This document shows, piece after piece, positions 41,649 to 46,807 of a stretch of 46,807 nt of DNA. The position numbers and the translations under genes were made by a program. This DNA comes from a virus, in IMG/VR virus record IMGVR_UViG_3300038435_000067, positions 1 to 46,807 of that record, one strand, 5' to 3'. Below the pieces are notes generated by a model that ran no database searches, was not told the origin of the DNA, and was given only the letters and a program-made list of their open reading frames with translations. The stretch's first letter is position 1. Every line of letters begins with the position of its first letter.

Positions 41649-43340
41649 ATGGATAAAATAATTTTAAATGAAAATACCTTATTTTTGGATACTGAAACTA
41701 CTGGATTAGATAGTAATGCAGAAATATGCGAAATAACTATAATTGATCATAATGGTTTACCATTAATAAATACTTTGATTAAACCAATTAAACCAATTCC
41801 AGAAGAAGCCATTAAAATACATGGTATCACTAATGAGATGGTAAAAGATGCGCCCAGTTTTTCAGATATTTATTTTGAATTATTAAATATTCTTTTTTTA
41901 AAAAAAATTATAATTTATAATGCAGATTATGATTTACGTTTATTGAGACAATGTGCTGATTTAACTGGGGTGCATCATAAATCACGTGAACCATTTGAAG
42001 CAGTACAAGGTAACAGTATATGTGCCATGAAATCATATCAACAATTCACTGAATCCAATAAATGGACTAAACTTACTAAAGCATGCGAACAAATGAAAAT
42101 TGATGTGTCTGATATAACGGCTCATAGAGCATTGTCAGATTGTATAATGACTTTAAGATTAATTAAAGCCATTAATTCAAAACTCGATTTAATGGTAGCT
42201 GGCACAGAAGTAAAATACATCGGGAATGACCAAAAATATTATGGCAAAATGGGAATTTTTGAACGCATGATCAGTAATAGTTCGGCGGCTAAAATTAAAA
42301 TTGACAATATAATGGCAATCTTTGACATATCAAATCTGATTGCAATTGATGAAAAGGAACCAAACAATATGACAACTCAACCAGAAATTATTACAAATAA
42401 TCAATTAACTTCAGAAATTAAATTTGATATAGTTTTTAAACAGCCAGAAATTAATTTTGATGAAGAACAATTTAAGGCTAGTATTAATGACGTAATAGCA
42501 CCCGTGAAAGATTTGGGGGATAATCCAACAAAAGAAGTATTAACTGAAACGCTGGCTAAATTACGTAAATTTCAAAAAGAAATTAGCGATAGACGTATTG
42601 CAATTGTCAAAGAAATTAAACAGCCAATTACTGATTTAGAATCTAAAATCAAAAAAGGTGATGCCGAAATTGAAACTTACATCAGTAAATACGATGCATT
42701 ACTTAAAGTTATCGAAGCTAAAACTAAAGCTGTAAAAAAAACAGAAATTGATTTAATGATCACAAAATATATTGAATCTAATAAATTAAACAAAATTTAT
42801 GCAGAAAAATTGACGTTTTTAGATGAATATTATTTGGTGAAATGGTCATTTGAAAAAATAGCTATAGATTTGGATAAAAGAGCGGCAGAACTATTTAAAC
42901 AGCAAGATTATGAGCGTATACAATTAGAGCTTAAGAACACGCAAATTGAAAGCCGAGCGCGTTTAATTGAACAGCTTAATGCAGAATATAATCTTGAATT
43001 TAAATATGCAGCTTTACCGATTGATAATTATGATGATTTAGCAGTTAAACAACATTATATTAAGACTAGATCTACTCTTGATGAAGCACAAAAACAAAAA
43101 TTAGCTGAAAAACCGATAACATCACAATTTGAACAAGCGGCAAAAGTAACGGCTGAACTTGATGCAATTGCTGAAGTTTGGACTCATTCAAAAAATGAAG
43201 AAGTTTTTCCGAAAACTGAATCTGATTCACCTTATTTAATATATCAAAATTTACGTCTTGGTGCAGCTAATCAATCATTAATAATGCAAGCTGTTGCAAA
43301 ATTAAAAGCTGATGGTTTGAATGTGGAGTTTATAAAATGA
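41649..43340 (+). CDS. DEDD (DnaQ-like) 3'-5' exonuclease fused to a long coiled-coil DUF1351-like region
   Basis: 563 aa. The exonuclease motifs are Exo I FLDTETTGLD, Exo II IIYNADYDLRLL and Exo III AHRALSDC. The C-terminal ~330 aa are charged and helical. Confidence 0.7.
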   Translation: MDKIILNENTLFLDTETTGLDSNAEICEITIIDHNGLPLINTLIKPIKPIPEEAIKIHGITNEMVKDAPSFSDIYFELLNILFLKKIIIYNADYDLRLLRQCADLTGVHHKSREPFEAVQGNSICAMKSYQQFTESNKWTKLTKACEQMKIDVSDITAHRALSDCIMTLRLIKAINSKLDLMVAGTEVKYIGNDQKYYGKMGIFERMISNSSAAKIKIDNIMAIFDISNLIAIDEKEPNNMTTQPEIITNNQLTSEIKFDIVFKQPEINFDEEQFKASINDVIAPVKDLGDNPTKEVLTETLAKLRKFQKEISDRRIAIVKEIKQPITDLESKIKKGDAEIETYISKYDALLKVIEAKTKAVKKTEIDLMITKYIESNKLNKIYAEKLTFLDEYYLVKWSFEKIAIDLDKRAAELFKQQDYERIQLELKNTQIESRARLIEQLNAEYNLEFKYAALPIDNYDDLAVKQHYIKTRSTLDEAQKQKLAEKPITSQFEQAAKVTAELDAIAEVWTHSKNEEVFPKTESDSPYLIYQNLRLGAANQSLIMQAVAKLKADGLNVEFIK

Positions 43341-43636
43341 AAATACAAGATTGGGAAATCAAAGAAGGCGCTATCTTAGCTAAAAGTGCAATAAAACCAA
43401 CATTTACATTACCTTCGTGTTTTGTAGGTGAGTATTATGACTCCACTCACAAATCTTTTGTTGTTATTTTTATTGGCGGCCACAGAGAAGAATTTATTTA
43501 TGAAATCGACGATCCTCAGGCTGAAATTGATTATGATTCAATTGTTATTAATAGCGAATTACCTCAATCGTTTACTCAAAATGAGGTGATAGATGAGTGG
43601 AAAGGAGAATATACCGTTTCAAGAAATAAACTATAA
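43337..43636 (+). CDS. Hypothetical protein
   Basis: 99 aa, ATGA overlap with the upstream gene. Confidence 0.55.
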   Translation: MKIQDWEIKEGAILAKSAIKPTFTLPSCFVGEYYDSTHKSFVVIFIGGHREEFIYEIDDPQAEIDYDSIVINSELPQSFTQNEVIDEWKGEYTVSRNKL

Positions 43637-43656
43637 ATGTTTCACATGAAACATTT
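43635..43656 (+). terminator. Palindrome / weak terminator candidate at the end of the P1 operon
   Basis: AAATGTTTCA-CA-TGAAACATTT (10-bp arms) followed by a T. The stem is AT-only, so its strength is doubtful. Confidence 0.3.
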
Positions 43657-43698
43657 TGCACCGCACAACAAAAAGTTTAAAATAAATGCAAAAAAGAT

Positions 43699-43728
43699 TT
43701 GACATCTGAATACCTAATGTGGCATAAT
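43699..43728 (+). promoter_or_regulatory. Rightward early promoter P2
   Basis: TTGACA (43699-43704), 18-nt spacer with TGg, CATAAT (43723-43728). Confidence 0.7.
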
Positions 43729-43738
43729 ACGGTCATAG

Positions 43739-43759
43739 GTTGGCAAATTGGTTGCCAGC
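43739..43759 (+). promoter_or_regulatory. 5' leader hairpin or operator downstream of P2
   Basis: Identical to the hairpin at 40460-40480. Confidence 0.55.
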
Positions 43760-43783
43760 AAAAAACAAAATGAGGTAATAAAA

Positions 43784-44053
43784 ATGAAAAATCAAGATTT
43801 ACAAAAATTTATGGATGAATCCTTGGCTCGTGCTAAATTAAACTTTAAATTTAGAAAAAGTATTGAAAAACAATTCGGTTTCAAAAATTTGGCTATATGG
43901 TTTTTATCAAATAATCCTCAAGATATAATTGTAAAAGTTGAATCAAATACCGAAAATTTAGCTATTTTTAATAAAACACCTATCAAATTTATACAAAATT
44001 TTTTATTAAATGAATTTAATCATGAAGTTAAAGACATTGGCTATTCAATTTAA
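43784..44053 (+). CDS. Hypothetical protein, first gene of the P2 operon
   Basis: ATG at 43784 with GAGG 8 nt upstream. The track start at 43748 lies inside the leader hairpin and is rejected. Confidence 0.6.
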   Translation: MKNQDLQKFMDESLARAKLNFKFRKSIEKQFGFKNLAIWFLSNNPQDIIVKVESNTENLAIFNKTPIKFIQNFLLNEFNHEVKDIGYSI

Positions 44054-44064
44054 AGGAGATAAAA

Positions 44065-44250
44065 ATGCTTAAATATGTAACAATTTGCGACCAGCGTTAT
44101 AATTTAGAGGCTTTACAAGCTAAATATGAGACTACTAGCATTAAATTGCTTGCTCGTTATGTAGATGCTGAACAACATCAAGATAACGAACGTATACGCT
44201 TTTTAAGCCAAGTATGCGGGCACGAATGTACTACTGACACAATTAATTAA
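44065..44250 (+). CDS. Hypothetical small protein
   Basis: 61 aa, AAGGAG upstream. Confidence 0.55.
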   Translation: MLKYVTICDQRYNLEALQAKYETTSIKLLARYVDAEQHQDNERIRFLSQVCGHECTTDTIN

Positions 44251-44263
44251 GAGGTAACAAAAA

Positions 44264-44479
44264 ATGAATTTAGAAAACTATAAAAATATTAATAACTCAC
44301 ATAAATCGTATCAATTAATTGATAGCAAAAAAGGCACAATCATTTTAGATAAAGATTTTAAAAATGACAAAACAGCAATTAAATATATTGAAAAATTATA
44401 CAACGGAAACGTTGCACAAGGATTGTACATTGAATCAGCAGATTGTGATTTTAATACATCTATAATCAAAAAATATTGA
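44264..44479 (+). CDS. Hypothetical small protein
   Basis: 71 aa, GAGG upstream. Confidence 0.55.
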   Translation: MNLENYKNINNSHKSYQLIDSKKGTIILDKDFKNDKTAIKYIEKLYNGNVAQGLYIESADCDFNTSIIKKY

Positions 44480-44496
44480 TAATAAGGAAATAAAAA

Positions 44497-45333
44497 ATGA
44501 AAACAGAATTATTAAAATTATCATTTAAAGATTATTGCGATATAGATGCAATAAACTCAAGCAAACTAAAAGATTTTTTTGCTGATCCAAAATTATTTTA
44601 TAAAACGTACATTACAAAAACCGTTGAAAAACCAGAAGAAGAACGTCATTTTGTTGTTGGTAGAGCAATACATTGTTTGGTTTTAGAGCCAGAAGAATTT
44701 AATAAAAATTTTATGGTTGGTGAGAGGCGTAAAAGCACTAAACTTGGTGTTGCAAATCATGCTATAGCTCAAGACTCGGGATTATCATTGATTAGTGAAG
44801 ATGAGCATTTATTGTGTCAATCCATAGCAGCCGAATTGCCGGAACAGTACGAATGGAGTAAATATCACAGAGACGCTTTAAATATTTATAGCGAAATTGT
44901 TATTTTGTTAGAATTGGAAAATGGCATTAAATTAAAAGTTATGCTTGATCGTTGCATAGAGCATGCTGATGTTGTTTATGTAGATGATATTAAATCAACG
45001 TCAAAAAATAACGATAGTGATTTTGATGATGCTATAGCAGAATATGATTATTTACTACAATTTGCTTTTTATAAATATGTAGTAGAACAACATTTTGGCA
45101 AGCCTTGTATTTTTAGATTTGTATTTTGTAGCAAAAATGAACCGTTTAATATAGCTTTTATACGAATGAATGATACACAAGCTGACACCGGATTTAAAGT
45201 TGTAGATTATGCTCTTAGTAAGTACGTACACGGACAAAAAACTGGAGAGTGGTACAATCCACAAGTATACGAGCGAGAGGCTATATTACCAGCTTATAAG
45301 ATGAAAAAATATTTAACATTTTTAGGAAATTAA
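44497..45333 (+). CDS. PD-(D/E)XK family exonuclease (RecB/YqaJ-like recombination exonuclease)
   Basis: 278 aa. The D...DDIKS core (VVYVDDIKST) and a downstream QFAFYKY (QxxxY) motif are present. It is paired with the annealase gene. Confidence 0.65.
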   Translation: MKTELLKLSFKDYCDIDAINSSKLKDFFADPKLFYKTYITKTVEKPEEERHFVVGRAIHCLVLEPEEFNKNFMVGERRKSTKLGVANHAIAQDSGLSLISEDEHLLCQSIAAELPEQYEWSKYHRDALNIYSEIVILLELENGIKLKVMLDRCIEHADVVYVDDIKSTSKNNDSDFDDAIAEYDYLLQFAFYKYVVEQHFGKPCIFRFVFCSKNEPFNIAFIRMNDTQADTGFKVVDYALSKYVHGQKTGEWYNPQVYEREAILPAYKMKKYLTFLGN

Positions 45334-45336
45334 ATT

Positions 45337-46176
45337 ATGAATGAATTACAAGTTACTAATACAAAAACAGAAGTATCAGAGAAAAAATACTTTACTCTTT
45401 TACCTCAAAATCTAACTGAAGCTACAGAACTAGCAGAACGCTATTCAAAATCTGGCATGGTTCCAAAAAACTACGTTAATAATCCTGGGGCTATTTTGGC
45501 TGCGTGGGATTTTGGCGGTAGCTTGGGACTTGGTTTAATGCAATCGTTACAGGGGATTGCAGTAATAAATGGGATGCCAACGTTGTGGGGCGATGCGGCT
45601 CTAGCTGTAGTTATGGCAAGCGGTCAATTAGAAGATATTGACGAATCAATAGCCGGACAATGTACAGTTATTAGAAAAGGTAAAAAACCTAAAACTACCT
45701 ACTTTAGTATGGAAGATGCAGCATTAGCAGGATTAACAAAAAAAGAAGGCACTTGGAGACAATACCCGAAACGGATGCTACAAATGCGCAATAGAGCATT
45801 TGCATTACGTGATAGCTTTGCAGACATATTAAAGGGTATGCAGATAGCTGAAGAAGTACAGGATTATGTTAATCCTTATCCAAATGCTTTAAATGTAGAA
45901 CCAAAGAAATTTGAAAGTGTTTTATCATCTGCTCCTTCAGTTAATAATGTTGAACCACAATTACCGGAAACTAATTTATCTATTGATGAAATGAATGAAA
46001 CTTTAGAATTGCACACTAAGATTAGAGAGTTACGTAAATTAAAAGACGATGTAATTAGGGTACAATTCAAAAATCCTGATGATATTGCAAATATGGATGC
46101 TGTGATTGATGGTGGCTTTGTTGGTAAAACATTGCAAGATTTGCGAGACCAAGCGGATTTTTTGATTAATTTATAA
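45337..46176 (+). CDS. RecT/Redbeta-superfamily single-strand annealing protein
   Basis: 279 aa. TWRQYPKRMLQMRNRAFALRDSFADILKG resembles the conserved PKRML...R block of lambda Bet-like annealases. It is adjacent to the exonuclease gene. Confidence 0.7.
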   Translation: MNELQVTNTKTEVSEKKYFTLLPQNLTEATELAERYSKSGMVPKNYVNNPGAILAAWDFGGSLGLGLMQSLQGIAVINGMPTLWGDAALAVVMASGQLEDIDESIAGQCTVIRKGKKPKTTYFSMEDAALAGLTKKEGTWRQYPKRMLQMRNRAFALRDSFADILKGMQIAEEVQDYVNPYPNALNVEPKKFESVLSSAPSVNNVEPQLPETNLSIDEMNETLELHTKIRELRKLKDDVIRVQFKNPDDIANMDAVIDGGFVGKTLQDLRDQADFLINL

Positions 46177-46195
46177 ATAAAATGCGACCTTGCAT

Positions 46196-46233
46196 ATGTC
46201 GGAATTAATGAAATGTTACCTCATCATTCCCAC
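46196..46233 (+). repeat. Partial copy of the tRNA-like element
   Basis: It shares TGTCGGAAT with the D-arm side of the downstream element. It also shares CCTCATCATTCCCAC with that element's 3' end (13 of 15 matches to CCTCACCATTCTCAC at 46389-46403). Confidence 0.5.
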
Positions 46234-46287
46234 AAGAATGTTTTTAAAAAACCGAGTAATTAATTCAACGTAAAATATGCAATCAAT

Positions 46288-46402
46288 GGGAATGTGTCGG
46301 AATAGGTAGACGAATTGCGGGATTATCCTTACGCTTTATGGGTTGGGGCATTTGAAATAATATAAATATAATCATGTGAGGTGCAAATCCTCACCATTCT
46401 CA
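46288..46402 (+). pseudogene. Degenerate tRNA-like element (type-II Leu/Ser-like D-arm, T-arm and acceptor stem, aberrant 62-nt centre)
   Basis: The acceptor strand GGGAATG pairs with CATTCTC (7 bp including one G-U). The D-arm TCGG-AATAGGTAG-ACGA closely matches E. coli tRNA-Leu. The T-arm is (G)TGAGG-TGCAAAT-CCTCA(C). No anticodon stem-loop can be drawn, G replaces the near-universal T55, and the length is 115 nt. Confidence 0.4.
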
Positions 46403-46445
46403 CTATTTGTAAACCATTTTTTTAATTTTTAAAGGAATAGACAAA

Positions 46446-46544
46446 ATGATAAAAATGCCACCACCAAGCCCTTGTAAACACGGCACACCAATAGATGAAC
46501 CGTGTCCTTATTGTGAAGAAGAATATAGTATAAAAGGAAGTTAA
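46446..46544 (+). CDS. Hypothetical 32-aa Cys-containing peptide
   Basis: Hand-translated as MIKMPPPSPCKHGTPIDEPCPYCEEEYSIKGS. AAAGGAA lies 9 nt upstream. It is very short, hence the low confidence. Confidence 0.3.
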   Translation: MIKMPPPSPCKHGTPIDEPCPYCEEEYSIKGS

Positions 46545-46581
46545 AATTATGCACAGGAACATTTAAAGAGAGGTGTAAAAA

Positions 46582-46807
46582 ATGATTAACGGATGGTATT
46601 ATTTACATGCAAATGGGAATTTAATTTATAAACCCAAGGATAATAATACTTGCTCTGATATGAGAGAAAATGTGTTTGTACGTGCTATATGGCCAGTTAA
46701 TACATCAAATATAGAATATAAATGGAATATATTAGTTGAGGCTTTATCGTTAGATGCCAATAAGGAGCGCATAAAACATTTAGCTCAAAAGTGGGGGTGT
46801 AATAATA
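46582..46807 (+). CDS. Hypothetical protein, 5' part of the ORF that wraps across the contig ends (continues at 100-338)
   Basis: ATG at 46582 (MINGWYYLHANGNLIYKP...) with AGAGGTG upstream. The frame is still open at the end of the window and is in phase with 3-338. Confidence 0.6.
   Translation, partial: MINGWYYLHANGNLIYKPKDNNTCSDMRENVFVRAIWPVNTSNIEYKWNILVEALSLDANKERIKHLAQKWGCNN
46709..46807. repeat. Terminal direct repeat, identical to 1-99
   Basis: Exact 99-nt identity read from the sequence. Confidence 0.95.

Larger units (their letters stand above)
43663..43790 (+). repeat. Promoter/leader cassette, copy 2
   Basis: See 40384-40510. The elements occur in the same order. Confidence 0.9.

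Noticed and set aside
551-45264. About 30 ORFs in the track lie antisense to, or out of frame within, longer co-oriented genes. Examples: 551-739, 1514-1696, 5187-5435, 6356-6583, 7658-7909, 10420-10614, 12264-12461, 15423-15608, 17780-18067, 18390-18572, 19274-19477, 19499-19729, 24140-24478, 24196-24414, 25959-26165, 30032-30268, 33011-33208, 34308-34496, 34456-34761, 35617-35802, 36010-36192, 37243-37527, 38111-38305, 39176-39391, 39426-39632, 39818-40021, 41081-41464, 41346-41552, 45055-45264 and 45876-46070.
   Set aside because: They are shadow ORFs of the kind expected in AT-rich DNA. They have no SD, low-complexity or hydrophobic nonsense composition, and each is fully covered by a better-supported gene that fits the operon packing. 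The one exception kept is 6346-6555, which has a lipobox and is the o-spanin.
46288-46402. Calling this a functional tRNA-Leu/Ser gene.
   Set aside because: No anticodon stem-loop can be drawn, the length is 115 nt, T55 is G, and the centre is an AT-rich insertion. It is therefore reported only as a tRNA-like or degenerate element pending tRNAscan/ARAGORN.
46196-46402. Interpreting the tRNA-like sequences as an attP site of a temperate phage.
   Set aside because: I could recognise no integrase, excisionase or CI/Cro-type repressor in any frame. The idea is kept only as one possible origin of the relic.

Overview
The window is a complete phage genome. Bases 1-99 are identical to 46709-46807, so the contig closes into a circle of about 46,708 bp (or is terminally redundant), and one ORF reads across the junction. 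The genome is AT-rich and densely coding, with about 80 genes.

Rightward (+) early genes: two operons are driven by a duplicated ~127-bp promoter/leader cassette (40384-40510 and 43663-43790). They encode a DEDD-exonuclease fusion, a PD-(D/E)XK exonuclease and a RecT/Redbeta-like annealase. After a degenerate tRNA-like element come ~25 small unknown genes, an orphan amino-methyltransferase and a VRR-NUC nuclease, wrapping through the contig ends to 5559.

Leftward (-) genes: a two-gene early unit encodes a Cys/His-rich protein and a replisome organizer that carries an internal iteron-type origin candidate. A ~33-kb unit (38548 down to 5549) follows, encoding:
- ParB-methyltransferase, candidate small terminase and large terminase
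- Mu-F/SPP1-gp7-like head protein, protease-scaffold, capsid and a portal-like protein
- neck proteins and a contractile tail (sheath with an 8-repeat Asp-box-like insertion, tube, tape measure, SLT lysin)
- baseplate and two tail fibres
- a lysis cassette (holin, embedded i/o-spanin pair, M15 endolysin)

I read this as a myovirus-type phage of an AT-rich Gram-negative host. No integrase, repressor, CRISPR array or reverse transcriptase was recognised.

The most unusual signal is that both leftward units begin with a near-consensus sigma70 promoter, then a structured leader ending in an intrinsic terminator only 15-18 nt before the first start codon. In both leaders an upstream hairpin loop is complementary to the terminator hairpin, which looks like an RNA-based antitermination/attenuation switch or terminated sRNAs.

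Other notable points:
- a possible -1 frameshift (A_AAG) fusing the tape measure to the SLT domain
- a spike-like gene and the portal-like gene in non-canonical positions
- a C1q-like receptor-binding tip on the long tail fibre
- an opposite-strand secreted-protein moron inside the head module

All functional calls rest on motifs read by eye and on synteny. None has been checked by database search.
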